DNA of 64,000 nt from Candidatus Ozemobacteraceae bacterium (GCA_965140445.1 OZ223236.1:4384001-4448000); one strand, 5' to 3'. Shown: positions 27,645 through 38,265, numbered from the stretch's first letter. The notes: generated from the letters alone by a model not told the origin. Program-made: numbers and translations.

Positions 27645-29509
27645 TTTCTTGCTGCCTTTTTGAGTGTCATTACAATCACAATTACATCTGAAGCTCTAAC
27701 TCCAGGCAATTTTGTTAAATCTCCTACTGTTGTTGGCTTTGCCGCCAGAATTTTCATCCTTGCTTCAGTAGAAACAGCTTTAGGAATATTTTTATAAAAA
27801 CTTTCATCCAGTTTCATTTCAGCCAGTTCTGATACCAGATCAAATTCCTTGGCCTGTTGAATGAGATAGCCAGAATACTTTATTCTAGCTTCCAATTCCA
27901 TTGAAGCCAATCTATCCAACTCGGCCAATTCTGGGATAAGATGGACAAAATCCTTTAATTCCAGATCTGGTCTTTTTAACAATTGAGATAGTGACAGACC
28001 GGTATTTGGAAGCTTCTCTATTTTTCCCGGGAAAGCTTCCATTACCTTTGCTGGAACAAGGCTGATTTCTTCAAATTTTTCTACTAAAGAATCAACTTGC
28101 TCCAATCTTTTACTTAAAATAACAAATTGTTCCTGAGAAATTACTCCGTATTCAAATCCAACCTTTGAAAGTCTTTCTTCGGCGTTTGACATTCTTAGCT
28201 GTAATCTAAAAGGAGATCTGGATGTGAAAACTCTATATGGTTCAGTTATTCCCTGGGTTGTGATTTCAGAAATCATCAGTCCCAAATAAGAGTCTTCGGG
28301 TCGCAAAATTAATAAGCTATCTCCCCTGACGGTTGCAGCAGCGTTTATTCCCGCAAGAATTCCTTGAGCGGCTGCTTCTTCATAACCAGAAGTTCCATTG
28401 ATTTGTCCCGCCAGAAAAAGATTTTTTATCGATTTGGACATCATAGTTGGAAAAAGATCCTGTGGATCAACAATGTCATACTCAATTCCATATCCCGGCC
28501 TGGTAATCCTTGCATTTTCGAGCCCGGGAATAGTTCTTACATAATCCTCTTGAACTTCTTCGGGCAGGCTTGTAGAGAGTCCTTGCAGATAGTATTCAAA
28601 AGTTTCACTTCCCTCGGGTTCAAGAAAAAGCTTGTGAGACATCTTATCGGGGAATTTGCTGATTTTATCTTCGATTGAAGGGCAGTATCGGGGCCCTGTT
28701 CCTGTTATATAGCCTGCGACCAATGCTGATCTATGAATGTTCGACGTAATAACATTATGGGTGGACTCATTTGTTCTGGTTATATAACAAGACTTAAATG
28801 GCAAATGGACTATTGGATCTGACCATGTTGAAAACATAGGAGTCAAAGGATCGTCTTCCTGCTCTTCAAGGTTATCAAAATTAATTGTATTTGCATCAAC
28901 TCGTGGTGGAGTACCAGTCTTAAATCTAGCCATAGGCAAACCAAGCTCTTCCAGGCTTCGTCCCAATTCATCAGATGGTGGTTCGCCCGCTCTTCCCGCA
29001 GGGAAAGAAGTTGATCCAATATGAATCATTCCACGTAAAAAAGTTCCCGTGGTTAAAATTACGGTATCTGATAAGAACTTTTCTCCGCCAAGAACTTCAA
29101 CACCAACTACAATGCTGTTTTCTACAAGAAGTTTTGTAACCATTCCCTGCATTAAACATAAATTTTCCTGCTGCTGGACAGCTTTCAGCATCCTGAGGCT
29201 ATAAGCTTCTTTATCAGATTGAAATCTATTAGCCTGGACGGCAAAACCTTTACGAGTATTTAAGCGACGAGCTTGAATTCTAGTCTCATCCGCAGCCTTT
29301 CCCATTTCTCCACCTAAAGCGTCAATTTCCCGGACAAGCTGTCCTTTTCCCTGACCGCCAATGGAAGGATTGCAAGGCATTGCAGCTACCATATCAATAT
29401 TAATGGTAAATAAAATTGTTTTTGCACCTGCACGAGCACTCGCCAATGCCGCTTCACAGCCAGCATGGCCTCCACCAACCACAATTACCTGATAATTAGA
29501 AGATTGCAT
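27641..29509 (-). CDS. mnmG: tRNA U34 modification enzyme MnmG (GidA), more canonical copy
   Basis: GGGHAGCEAA, CNPSIGG, KTGTPPR, GPRYCPSIEDK and AGQINGTSGYEEAAAQG motifs. Start is ATG 29509 (TGATG overlap) or GTG 29512. Confidence 0.93.
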   Translation of the reverse strand: MQSSNYQVIVVGGGHAGCEAALASARAGAKTILFTINIDMVAAMPCNPSIGGQGKGQLVREIDALGGEMGKAADETRIQARRLNTRKGFAVQANRFQSDKEAYSLRMLKAVQQQENLCLMQGMVTKLLVENSIVVGVEVLGGEKFLSDTVILTTGTFLRGMIHIGSTSFPAGRAGEPPSDELGRSLEELGLPMARFKTGTPPRVDANTINFDNLEEQEDDPLTPMFSTWSDPIVHLPFKSCYITRTNESTHNVITSNIHRSALVAGYITGTGPRYCPSIEDKISKFPDKMSHKLFLEPEGSETFEYYLQGLSTSLPEEVQEDYVRTIPGLENARITRPGYGIEYDIVDPQDLFPTMMSKSIKNLFLAGQINGTSGYEEAAAQGILAGINAAATVRGDSLLILRPEDSYLGLMISEITTQGITEPYRVFTSRSPFRLQLRMSNAEERLSKVGFEYGVISQEQFVILSKRLEQVDSLVEKFEEISLVPAKVMEAFPGKIEKLPNTGLSLSQLLKRPDLELKDFVHLIPELAELDRLASMELEARIKYSGYLIQQAKEFDLVSELAEMKLDESFYKNIPKAVSTEARMKILAAKPTTVGDLTKLPGVRASDVIVIVMTLKKAARK

Positions 29510-31734
29510 CACTTTTGCAACATTAGTGCTTTCTGAACAAGAGATGCAATAAGCTGACAGCTGTCGCCTTTCAACTTTTCAAGCAACTCTCGAACACCAG
29601 GATTTCTTTTCCTGGATAAAATTTTTGCAGCAGCTAGTCTAACACTATCAGAAGTGCATTGAATGGCTTTTTCTAACAAAATCATCTGATCATCGCCAAG
29701 AATAAATGGCAAATCTTTTACACCCTTTTCCCAGTCTTCCGGGTTGTTAGAGCACAGTTTCTGATAAATTTCTGCCGATCTTGGCTTGGCAAAGTTTATA
29801 TTGGCAGACCCTTTAGCCACACCGCTTGAAGCTGTATCTATTGGAGGCAGAACTGATGGAGCCTGTGAAACAGGAGCTGCAAATTGAACTGGTTGAGCAG
29901 GCTGAACAGGCTGAGCGGGCAAAACAGGTTCAGAAGGTTGAACAGGAGCAGCGGGTTGCACTGGCGCGGCTGGAGATATAGGCTGAGCGGGGGGCAACGT
30001 TGCTGCAGGCTTCGATTGCTGAACCCCAGGAAGCTCTTGTGTATGGCCCAAAGTTTCCGCAGGTTTGGTTGGGCTTTCCGATGCAATTGGCTCTGCAGCT
30101 TTTATTGGCGCAGCGGGCTCTCCATGCTCAAATGGTTGAATTGGTTTGGCGGCTTCCAATGGAGCAGTTTGATTAGTGGCCTGAGCGTGAGAAAGAGGGG
30201 CTGCAGGGTGAGTTTGTTCCGCAACTTGCACAGGCTGAGCAGGAATAGTAGGTTCCGCAGGTTTTATTGGCTGAGCCGAACTTAACGGAGCTGCCGTTGA
30301 AACTGTTTGCGCAGGGTTTACCTGAGAATTTTCAGATGGCCTTCCAATAGTCTTTGCCTGTGGCTGTGGAATTTCTCTCAGTGGTGTATCTTTTATTTTT
30401 TCAAATAAACTGTTGGCCACCTGTGCCACAACGGCATCTGGATCATTTGTTGCGGCTCGTAAAACCTGCCTTGCGTGAGAATTGTTTATTTTTGCAAGGG
30501 CTTTGAGAACACTAAGCCGAATCCCCTGATTGGGATCTTTTAAAGCTGCTTTTAAAAGAGTTAAGGAGGCCTGATCGCCAATCTCGCCAAGAGCAAAAAT
30601 CACACTATCTCTAAGCCAGACTTCTGGAGAAACCAGCATGGAACGCAAGGTAACAAAGGCCTCTCTATAACCATTTTTGACCAGATATTTGGCTGCATTA
30701 ACTTTAACTCTGTTCTCTTCATCTTGCAGCAATTTGAAAATATGCTCATCGCAACCTTGAATTTGTTGTTCTTCAATAACCTCAACAGTGTTTGCTCTTA
30801 CTCTTGGGTCCTCATCATTTAAGCAATGAATCAAAGTTGCCACGCCGGAGTTTCCGCTACTGCGAGCGTAAACTTTTACTAATCCGGATTTCACAATTAC
30901 ATCTTTTTCACTCATCAAAATATTTTCAATGATTGTAAAATCAAGTGGAACCTCAGACTCCATAATAATCTTCAACATCAGAAATCTTCTTTGTGAAGAA
31001 AATCCTTCTTCTGCCAGCTTTTTTAAAACCTGAGGAGGAACTCTTGGATCTTTTAAGTTAAGCAAGGTTTGTAGCGCAGTAAGTGAAACTTCTTCCTGAA
31101 CATCAGAAGAAAGAGAAAGCAACTGGGCAACATGCCCGGAAACTTTTGATTTAGCAAGATTACTGATATGACTTAGCTTATCTGGAATGCTTATAAGAGT
31201 TTTTAAATCCGGCAAAGAAGGGTCTAAAGGGTCTTCAAAATTAGGAGAAGCAACAGCATTGCTAAAGGTCGGCTGTTCCTGCATGTCCGTCATGGGCTCT
31301 ACAGGCTCTTGAGGGGCATTTGTTACTGTTTCAGCATCAGGAAGCAGAGATGTTCCACCAAAAGAGTTCTCATCGGGAAGCTTGAATTCCATGCTTGAAG
31401 CCTGAGTTGGTTCTTCTGCCGGAAAAATATTTTCAAATTTAGGCTCTTCAGTGGAGACGCTATTAGCAGGATCAGAGAATTCAACGGGTTTATCCTGAAC
31501 AGGATTGGCTGCTTTTTCAGCCTGCAAAACACCGTATAAATAATCCAAACACTGGTTGGCGTAAGTTTTCACTGTTTCTTCGCCGTCATTTTTAACAACT
31601 TGCAAAAACTCTATTTTTTGGTCAGCAGGCATCATTGGAAGATTAACAAGCTGCTCAATCGCTTTGATTCTTACCTCAGATGAAATAGACTGCAAATTCT
31701 GTTTTATTAATTCCTGCTTACGATTATTAATCAT
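29509..31734 (-). CDS. HEAT-repeat protein with Pro/Ala/Gln-rich linkers
   Basis: HEAT/PBS-like units (DEDPRVRANTVE, DEENRVKVNAA, WLRDSVIFALGEIG, DPNQGIRLSVLKAL); start moved to ATG 31734 after GAGGAG. Confidence 0.8.
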   Translation of the reverse strand: MINNRKQELIKQNLQSISSEVRIKAIEQLVNLPMMPADQKIEFLQVVKNDGEETVKTYANQCLDYLYGVLQAEKAANPVQDKPVEFSDPANSVSTEEPKFENIFPAEEPTQASSMEFKLPDENSFGGTSLLPDAETVTNAPQEPVEPMTDMQEQPTFSNAVASPNFEDPLDPSLPDLKTLISIPDKLSHISNLAKSKVSGHVAQLLSLSSDVQEEVSLTALQTLLNLKDPRVPPQVLKKLAEEGFSSQRRFLMLKIIMESEVPLDFTIIENILMSEKDVIVKSGLVKVYARSSGNSGVATLIHCLNDEDPRVRANTVEVIEEQQIQGCDEHIFKLLQDEENRVKVNAAKYLVKNGYREAFVTLRSMLVSPEVWLRDSVIFALGEIGDQASLTLLKAALKDPNQGIRLSVLKALAKINNSHARQVLRAATNDPDAVVAQVANSLFEKIKDTPLREIPQPQAKTIGRPSENSQVNPAQTVSTAAPLSSAQPIKPAEPTIPAQPVQVAEQTHPAAPLSHAQATNQTAPLEAAKPIQPFEHGEPAAPIKAAEPIASESPTKPAETLGHTQELPGVQQSKPAATLPPAQPISPAAPVQPAAPVQPSEPVLPAQPVQPAQPVQFAAPVSQAPSVLPPIDTASSGVAKGSANINFAKPRSAEIYQKLCSNNPEDWEKGVKDLPFILGDDQMILLEKAIQCTSDSVRLAAAKILSRKRNPGVRELLEKLKGDSCQLIASLVQKALMLQK
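29845..30320 (-). repeat. Degenerate 9/18-nt coding repeat (P-x-x periodic linker)
   Basis: PAQPISPAAPVQPAAPVQPSEPVLPAQPVQPAQPVQ; boundaries approximate. Confidence 0.7.
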
Positions 31735-33622
31735 TTTCTCCTCGAACATCGCTATCATTTTCTTTGAGAATTGTTAAAAGAATAGCAAGTTCTTCTTTTG
31801 AAAGGCAATTTTTTCTTGAAACTTGATTTAGATCATCATAATGATCTGAAGTTAAAATAGCCAATAAACCTTGGGACAAGACCTTAAATCTATCATCAGC
31901 AACATCTATTGGCAAACGAATACTTTCCATGAAGCTTGTTTGTTTTATTCTTTCAAGCTCTCGGTTAGCATAACCACTATATCTTAAATGGGTTTCCAAC
32001 AAATAAATTTCATCAGGTTGACTTAAAGCAGGCGAAAATTCATCTGAAAATTGCCCAAGATTAAGATAATCAACTCCCGGTCGCTGCATCAATTCAGCAA
32101 GAGAAATCTTCTTTTTTAAGTCTCCAGTTCCTGAAGTTTTGAGCTTTTCACGCATTTCAGTTGTGGGAAACACGCACAATTCTTCAAGTCGAGCAACTTC
32201 ATTAAAAATTCGGGTTGTCCAGCTTTTTACTTTTTTATATCGCTCTTCTGAAACAAGCCCAACGAAGTAGCCGTCTTCAATAAGCCTGAACTCAGCAGAA
32301 TCATCCCGAAGTGTGAGCCTGAACTCAGCATGTCCCGGAGTTATTCTGTAGGGTTCGTCTCTATCCCAGGTTGCAAGGTCATCAACTAATACTCCAATAT
32401 AACTACGAGTCCTGGAAGGCCAATATGGATCTTTTCCCTGAATACTTAGGGCAGCATTAATACCGGCGATTAAGCCTTGTGCTGCCGCTTCTTCGTATCC
32501 TGAAGTTCCATTGATTTGCCCTGCGGTGTAAAGCCCTTTAACACACCTGGTTTCCATGGTTTTTCGAATCAAGCCTGGTGCCAGTGCATCATATTCAATT
32601 GCATAACCATATCTTAAAATTTCTGCGCTCTCTAATCCCGGGACTGAAGATAATATATCTCTCTGGGAATGGGGTGGCATGCCTGTCGTTAATCCCTGAA
32701 GATATAACTCTTCAGACTCTCTGCCTTCTGGCTCTACAAAGATTTGATGAACAGCCTGGTCAGGAAATTTTAAAATTTTCCGATCGATTGAAGGACAATG
32801 TTTTGGTCCAACGTTGGTAATATTTTCCAGTACTAGTGGACTGTATTCCAAATTTCTTTTTACAGCCTCAACCGTCTCCTGACTTGTAAAAGTCAAAAAA
32901 CAGGAAAGCTGGTTTTCGTATTTTCTGGTTCTATTTTCCCAGCAAAAGCCACCGGAATCATCATCTCCCGGTAATTCTCTCATTTTAGAATAATCTACGC
33001 TTGATTTTAGAACTCTTGGAGGAGTTGCTGTCTGCAATCTTCTCAATTCAACTCCAGCATTTATTAATGAATCTGATAGTCCCATTGCTGGTCTTTGATT
33101 ATGAGGACCGCTACTCCAACTGGAACTTCCTAAAATAATTCTGCTATTTAAATATGTTCCTGAAGTAACAATTAGTTTCCTGCAAAAAAATTCGAGTCCG
33201 GTTTCAAGCTTTACACCAGAGATTTTCCCGTTAACAGTTGTTATATCAACAGCCTGCCCTTGCCTAACTGTAAGGTTTTTCTGATTAAATAAAGTTTGAG
33301 TCATTTTTTGTCTGTAAAGAACTTTATCTGCTTGAGCCCTTCTTGCTCTAACTGCAGGCCCTTTTGAGGTGTTCAACCATTTCATTTGAACACTGGTTTC
33401 ATCGATACAAGAAGGCATTTCGCCTCCCAAGGCTCCGATCTCTCTCACCAGGTGTCCTTTACCGGGACCGCCAATGGATGGATTACAGGGCATCAGAGCA
33501 ATGGTAGAAATATTCATCGTTAAAAGAAGGGTATCCACCCCGAGACGAGCACTCGCTAAAGCCGCTTCACATCCGGCATGCCCTGCTCCAATAACAATTA
33601 CAGAAAAAGTTCTACTCTGCAT
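31727..33622 (-). CDS. mnmG: Second, divergent MnmG/GidA paralogue
   Basis: GAGHAGCEAA, CNPSIGGPGKGHL, LNTSKGPAVRA and AGQINGTSGYEEAAAQG retained; variant QTATPPR and GPKHCPSIDRK. Start moved to ATG 33622, 4 nt after the mnmE stop. Confidence 0.88.
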   Translation of the reverse strand: MQSRTFSVIVIGAGHAGCEAALASARLGVDTLLLTMNISTIALMPCNPSIGGPGKGHLVREIGALGGEMPSCIDETSVQMKWLNTSKGPAVRARRAQADKVLYRQKMTQTLFNQKNLTVRQGQAVDITTVNGKISGVKLETGLEFFCRKLIVTSGTYLNSRIILGSSSWSSGPHNQRPAMGLSDSLINAGVELRRLQTATPPRVLKSSVDYSKMRELPGDDDSGGFCWENRTRKYENQLSCFLTFTSQETVEAVKRNLEYSPLVLENITNVGPKHCPSIDRKILKFPDQAVHQIFVEPEGRESEELYLQGLTTGMPPHSQRDILSSVPGLESAEILRYGYAIEYDALAPGLIRKTMETRCVKGLYTAGQINGTSGYEEAAAQGLIAGINAALSIQGKDPYWPSRTRSYIGVLVDDLATWDRDEPYRITPGHAEFRLTLRDDSAEFRLIEDGYFVGLVSEERYKKVKSWTTRIFNEVARLEELCVFPTTEMREKLKTSGTGDLKKKISLAELMQRPGVDYLNLGQFSDEFSPALSQPDEIYLLETHLRYSGYANRELERIKQTSFMESIRLPIDVADDRFKVLSQGLLAILTSDHYDDLNQVSRKNCLSKEELAILLTILKENDSDVRGEND

Positions 33623-33626
33623 AAGC

Positions 33627-35003
33627 CTATTTACCAATACAAAACTTTTCAAAAATCAAATCAAGAGTATTCACATCAATAGTTTCACCAGTTATCCGCC
33701 CAAGTTCTCTTACAGCTTCTTCGAGCTCAATGGCAAGCATATCCTGATAAATATTTCCAATCCCCACGCTTGCTCTTTCAAGAGCACTTAAAGCATTTTC
33801 CAGAGATCGCATTTGCTGAGCACCCAAAAGAACCATATCTTCAAATCCGACCATTCCTTTTTCGTCTAAAATAACTTTTAAATTATCCAGCAAAACCGAG
33901 TATCCGTCTCCTGAAGTAACAGATAACTTTACGGGAACTATTTCACCAAAGAATCCCAAATCAAAACCAGTAGGAAGATCGGACTTGTTTAAAACACAAA
34001 TAAATGGCTTATCCTGAGATTTCAATTCTTCTAAGATCTCTAAATCCTCTTTTGTTGGCGAAGAAGAACTATCAAACATGGCTATAATAACAAAAGCCTC
34101 ATCAATAGCTTTTCTTGTTCGCTCAATACCAATCTTTTCAATACTATCTCCAGGATTTCTAATACCTGCAGTATCAATAATTTTTAATGGAAAACTACCA
34201 AAATTAAAGTTTTCCTCTAGAGTATCTCTCGTAGTTCCAGCAATATCAGTTACAATTGCTCGATCCCTTCCGAGAATATAATTCATCAAGCTGGATTTTC
34301 CTGAATTAGGCTTACCTACCAGAACCACCTTTAAACCTGATGCAACAAGACTTCCATTCTTTGCATTTTGCGAAAATCCTTCTAATTCAAAAAGAATTCT
34401 CTTTAGCTCGATTCCTAAGCGATGCTCATCAATAGCTTCAATAGCATCTTCTGGAAAATTTAAACTTGCCTCAAGCTGCACTAAATGCTCCAGCAATTGC
34501 TTTCTAAAATATGCGACCCTCTGAGAAGGCAATCCATCAAGTTGGTTTAAAGCAAGCCTTGCCTGAGAAATATTTTCTGCGCTAAGAATGTTTGAAGTTG
34601 CCTCAACTTCCAGAAGATCCATTTTGCCATTAAGAAAAGCTCTCCTGGTAAATTCTCCTGGTTCAGCGCTTCTGGCACCATGTTTTAAAATCTCAGACAG
34701 AACCCTGGTAACAATTACCGGATTGCCATGGGTTGTAATCTCTGCGCAATCCTCGCCTGTAAAGGAATGGGGAGCAATAAAGCATGAAACAAGGACCTCA
34801 TCAAGCTTAGCTTTTGTTTCAGGGTCAATTATTTTCCCATAGAAAACAGAATAAGGCAGGGGGAAAGTTTTCTTTCCCCCTGTTTTAAAAATCTTTTTTA
34901 GAATTTCAAACGTTAAAGGCCCCGAAACTCTAATTATACTTAATGCAGCTTTCCCGACAGGTGTTGAAATTGCTGTAATTGTGTCTACTTTGGGTCTAGA
35001 CAT
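33627..35003 (-). CDS. mnmE: tRNA modification GTPase MnmE (TrmE)
   Basis: Start moved to ATG 35003 (SD GGAGG); DTITAIST, GEFTRRAFLNGK, GKPNSGKS, GTTRD, DTAG, NKSD and FCIGK motifs. Confidence 0.96.
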   Translation of the reverse strand: MSRPKVDTITAISTPVGKAALSIIRVSGPLTFEILKKIFKTGGKKTFPLPYSVFYGKIIDPETKAKLDEVLVSCFIAPHSFTGEDCAEITTHGNPVIVTRVLSEILKHGARSAEPGEFTRRAFLNGKMDLLEVEATSNILSAENISQARLALNQLDGLPSQRVAYFRKQLLEHLVQLEASLNFPEDAIEAIDEHRLGIELKRILFELEGFSQNAKNGSLVASGLKVVLVGKPNSGKSSLMNYILGRDRAIVTDIAGTTRDTLEENFNFGSFPLKIIDTAGIRNPGDSIEKIGIERTRKAIDEAFVIIAMFDSSSSPTKEDLEILEELKSQDKPFICVLNKSDLPTGFDLGFFGEIVPVKLSVTSGDGYSVLLDNLKVILDEKGMVGFEDMVLLGAQQMRSLENALSALERASVGIGNIYQDMLAIELEEAVRELGRITGETIDVNTLDLIFEKFCIGK

Positions 35004-35967
35004 CTTCCTCCATGAACATTGGAACTGCAGTTGGAACGTCTTCTCTTTCCTGCTCGATAGCCTCTGAAGGAGCTGGTTGCCAACCAGAGTTAACATGAGT
35101 TCTCTTTTGCTTTACAGGGGTTATAACAACTCTTCTCATTGGTTCAATGCCCTTTGAAAAAGTTTCAATATCTGTCTTATCTTTTAATGCCATGTGGATA
35201 GTTCTTCTATCAAGCGTAGACATTGGCTCCAATTCAACCTGTCTTCTTGAAGAAACAGCTTTTTTGCTCATTCTAATAGCTAAGCTGATAAGGTTTTTAT
35301 ATCTCTTCTCTCTGTAGCCTTGAGCATCCAAAACCAGTTTAATTCTGTCATCGCTACCTTTGTTCAAAATAATATTCATAAGGTATTGAAGAGAATCCAG
35401 GGTTTTTCCATGCTTACCAATCATTTGAGAAACGTTCTCACCAGATGCTTCTATAACCCAGGCACCATCTCTCTGATAATCTTCAAGTTCAAGACCGTCA
35501 ACGCCCACAACTTCAGAAATTTCTTTGATGAGATCAAAAATCAGTGGATATGAAGTGTGGCTTTTAATTTCTTCAGAAACTTCTTCTTTTGGCCTATCAG
35601 GCATTTCAAATTCAACCTGTTCCCTTGGCTCTCTTCTTCTTGGTGGGCGTTCGTTTCTTTCTCTTCTTTCGCCCCGATCAGGTCTTTCTCTTCTTGGAGC
35701 TCTTTCAGAATTTTCCTGTCGATCTGCAGGTTTTTCAGCAACATCTTCCCTGGTTTTTTCAGGAGCTGGAGCTTGTTTAGCAACCGCTTTTTCGCCAATG
35801 GTAAATCTAATTTTAAATTCTGGCTTACCCACTAGTCCAAATATTCCTCTGGCTGGTGCAGAAAGAATTTCAGAACTAATTATCGATTCGTTTGAATTAA
35901 GTTCAAAACCAACAAGTTCTTTGGCTTCCTCTTCTGATTTGGCTGTAATTTCTATTGTTCTGCTCAT
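34996..35967 (-). CDS. jag: RNA-binding protein Jag/EloR/KhpB
   Basis: Jag_N domain, KH motif IGKHGKTLDSLQ, R3H motif RRTIH; lies between yidC and mnmE. Confidence 0.92.
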   Translation of the reverse strand: MSRTIEITAKSEEEAKELVGFELNSNESIISSEILSAPARGIFGLVGKPEFKIRFTIGEKAVAKQAPAPEKTREDVAEKPADRQENSERAPRRERPDRGERRERNERPPRRREPREQVEFEMPDRPKEEVSEEIKSHTSYPLIFDLIKEISEVVGVDGLELEDYQRDGAWVIEASGENVSQMIGKHGKTLDSLQYLMNIILNKGSDDRIKLVLDAQGYREKRYKNLISLAIRMSKKAVSSRRQVELEPMSTLDRRTIHMALKDKTDIETFSKGIEPMRRVVITPVKQKRTHVNSGWQPAPSEAIEQEREDVPTAVPMFMEEDV

Positions 35968-35973
35968 ATATGG

Positions 35974-37617
35974 TTACTCCTCCTTAATAGCTGCCGCATG
36001 ACGGCTAGCCTGTAACTGCTGGATTAAACCGATCACACTGCTGGCAAACCAATACAATAACAGTCCGGACGGAAGTGACCATGTGATCATAAACATGAAC
36101 ATGGGCATCATTGCCATCATTTGCTGTTGTTGCTGTTGCTGAGGATCAGTCATTTTGTTCTGCTGATAATACATTAGAGCTGCAATTGCAATCGGGAGTA
36201 TTAAAAGGGGATCACCCTTAGAAAGATCTGGAACCCAAAGGAAAGGGATCTTTCTTAACTCAACAGCGATTCTGATTGTATTATACAGAGCAATTAGAAT
36301 TGGAAGTTGAAGAAGCAACGGCAAACATCCACCCAACGGATTTACGTTGTGCTTCTGATATAGCTTTAAAACTTCTTCGTTAAATTTCTGTGGATTGTCT
36401 TTGTGTCTATCTTTTAAATCCTGGACTTTAGGCTGAATTTTCTGCATTTGAGCCATTGAGTTTGTTTGTTTTAAAGTCAATGGATAAAGAGCCAGTCTAA
36501 CTACAAGAGTTAAAAGAATAATAGCTAACCCATAATTTGGGATCAAACCATAAAAGAATTGGAGAATTCTCAATAAAATCGTACTCAAAAAACCATAATC
36601 AGAAACCTGTTCACGATTAATTGCCTTCAATTGATCCAATAGCATTGGCCCGCTATAAATTTTAATTCCAAAAGTTCTAGATTCTCTTGCACCAAGATTG
36701 AAAGTAGGTATATGGATATTTATCAAGTGACCTTTATGCTTCTTTTTCTTAGCGTCTAAAGGATTTACATCAAAATCAAGAGCTGAAATTTTTACAAGAG
36801 ACGGAACTTCCATTAAGACACAGAAATAATCATTTTTTAGACCTATGCCAGAAAAGCTCGGAATCAAGCCAGCTTTATTCAAAGATTCAGCATCAGAAAA
36901 CTTTTCGACAACGCCACCCTGTTTTAAACCAAGAATAGTTGCCTGTCCAAAAGGATCCATAAAGATTCCTGGACCATAGGAAAACTTCAGACCACCGTCT
37001 TTTTCATTTCCAACAGCGACAAGTTTTTCGGCAAGATTTGAAACAATGTATTCCACTGAAAATTCATAGGACTTATTAAAAATTGTATATTTTTTGGCTA
37101 AGCTAATGCCACCCGTTTCAAACTTTTCCCCGGCAATATTTGCGGTTGCAACGATCACAATTTTTTCTGCATCCTTATCGTCTACAGAAATCTGGTAACC
37201 AAATTTGCTCGCGACATCCCCAACAACCTCACCACTGAAGGCTTTCATTGTTTCAGATGCAAACTGATACCCGATATCCTGAAGAACAGGGGGATACATA
37301 TTTTCTTCGAAGTTTTGCCCTTTGAGATAAAGGACCGAGGGATTACCAGTTTTGCTAGAGATAATCATTCGTGACAAATCAGTTTCAATAGAACAGTCTT
37401 TTAAACCATCCCCATCAACATCCTGTATCACAGCAGTGGGTAGTGTAGCAGCTGTCTGCGCAAACAATCCCTGATTAAAAAAAGCTATACCTAAAACAAC
37501 AAAAAAGCAGACAAGTCTGCTTAAGTCGATAAAACGATTTCTTCTAAAGTCAAAAAAATTCCTTGTTTTCATAATCATCCCGCCAGTAGGCTTCCGGGAA
37601 CCTTTCTTCAATTTCAT
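35974..37617 (-). CDS. yidC: Membrane protein insertase YidC with large extracytoplasmic domain
   Basis: [36 protein letters not shown] and PSGLLLYW motifs. Confidence 0.95.
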   Translation of the reverse strand: MKLKKGSRKPTGGMIMKTRNFFDFRRNRFIDLSRLVCFFVVLGIAFFNQGLFAQTAATLPTAVIQDVDGDGLKDCSIETDLSRMIISSKTGNPSVLYLKGQNFEENMYPPVLQDIGYQFASETMKAFSGEVVGDVASKFGYQISVDDKDAEKIVIVATANIAGEKFETGGISLAKKYTIFNKSYEFSVEYIVSNLAEKLVAVGNEKDGGLKFSYGPGIFMDPFGQATILGLKQGGVVEKFSDAESLNKAGLIPSFSGIGLKNDYFCVLMEVPSLVKISALDFDVNPLDAKKKKHKGHLINIHIPTFNLGARESRTFGIKIYSGPMLLDQLKAINREQVSDYGFLSTILLRILQFFYGLIPNYGLAIILLTLVVRLALYPLTLKQTNSMAQMQKIQPKVQDLKDRHKDNPQKFNEEVLKLYQKHNVNPLGGCLPLLLQLPILIALYNTIRIAVELRKIPFLWVPDLSKGDPLLILPIAIAALMYYQQNKMTDPQQQQQQQMMAMMPMFMFMITWSLPSGLLLYWFASSVIGLIQQLQASRHAAAIKEE

Positions 37618-37898
37618 TTTCTCTTTAAGGCTTGCCGGTCAGGTACTGGGTCTTCCCCCCCACGGCAAAAAGGATTGCATCGTAAAATTCGCCAACAACC
37701 CATTAGGCAGCCCCTGAAAAAACCAAACCTTTCAATTGCTACTAACATATAGCTTGAACAGGTCGGCTGGAATCTGCAGTTAGCTCCAAGCAAGGGGGAA
37801 ATCCATCTCTGATAGAAACGAATCGCCTTGATCCCCACAACTCCAAGCAATGAAACTTGTTCAATTGCACTGGAATCTGTCTTTTGTTCAGTTTCCAT
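37614..37898 (-). CDS. yidD: Membrane protein insertion efficiency factor YidD
   Basis: [18 protein letters not shown] and RILRCNPF motifs. Start is probably ATG 37898 (ORF open to 37934). Confidence 0.92.
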   Translation of the reverse strand: METEQKTDSSAIEQVSLLGVVGIKAIRFYQRWISPLLGANCRFQPTCSSYMLVAIERFGFFRGCLMGCWRILRCNPFCRGGEDPVPDRQALKRK

Positions 37899-38256
37899 CA
37901 GACATAGCGAGAAATATTCTTTTGGTCTTGTCAAAAGCCCAATCTAAAGTCTTTTGAAGTACATCAAACGACAGCTCCCTACACGGTTTAGCCACACAAA
38001 TAATTATATCGGTGGATTCTGGGAGCTTATTGGACAATCTGATGATCTCACGGATCCGACGTCGCAATAGATTTCTTTCAACTGCTATTCCATGACGCTT
38101 TGGAACAGACATTCCATATCTGAAACGTTGTTCTTCAGCTTTCCGAAAATAGAAACCCAACCCATTCCGAAAAAAGCGCTTACCCTGTTTAAATACGCGC
38201 TGAAAATCGGAATGGGTTCGCAAAGTGGACGGACCCTCGTTCAAAAGGTTCCCCAC
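37888..38256 (-). CDS. rnpA: Ribonuclease P protein component
   Basis: [32 protein letters not shown] (RNR-like motif); lies between rpmH and yidD. Confidence 0.9.
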   Translation of the reverse strand: MGNLLNEGPSTLRTHSDFQRVFKQGKRFFRNGLGFYFRKAEEQRFRYGMSVPKRHGIAVERNLLRRRIREIIRLSNKLPESTDIIICVAKPCRELSFDVLQKTLDWAFDKTKRIFLAMSDGN

Positions 38257-38265
38257 CAGTCAGGC

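Noticed and set aside
29845..30320. Possible CRISPR or mobile-element repeat
   Set aside because: The repeats are degenerate, codon-phased and inside an ORF; no constant repeat-spacer structure and no cas genes.
27641..33622. mnmG duplication as an assembly artefact, pseudogene or TrmFO
   Set aside because: The copies are strongly diverged, both are uninterrupted and over 620 aa (TrmFO is much shorter), and both are coupled to their neighbours.
35620..35720. Purine-rich repeat-like tract in jag
   Set aside because: It encodes the R/E-rich low-complexity linker common in Jag proteins.
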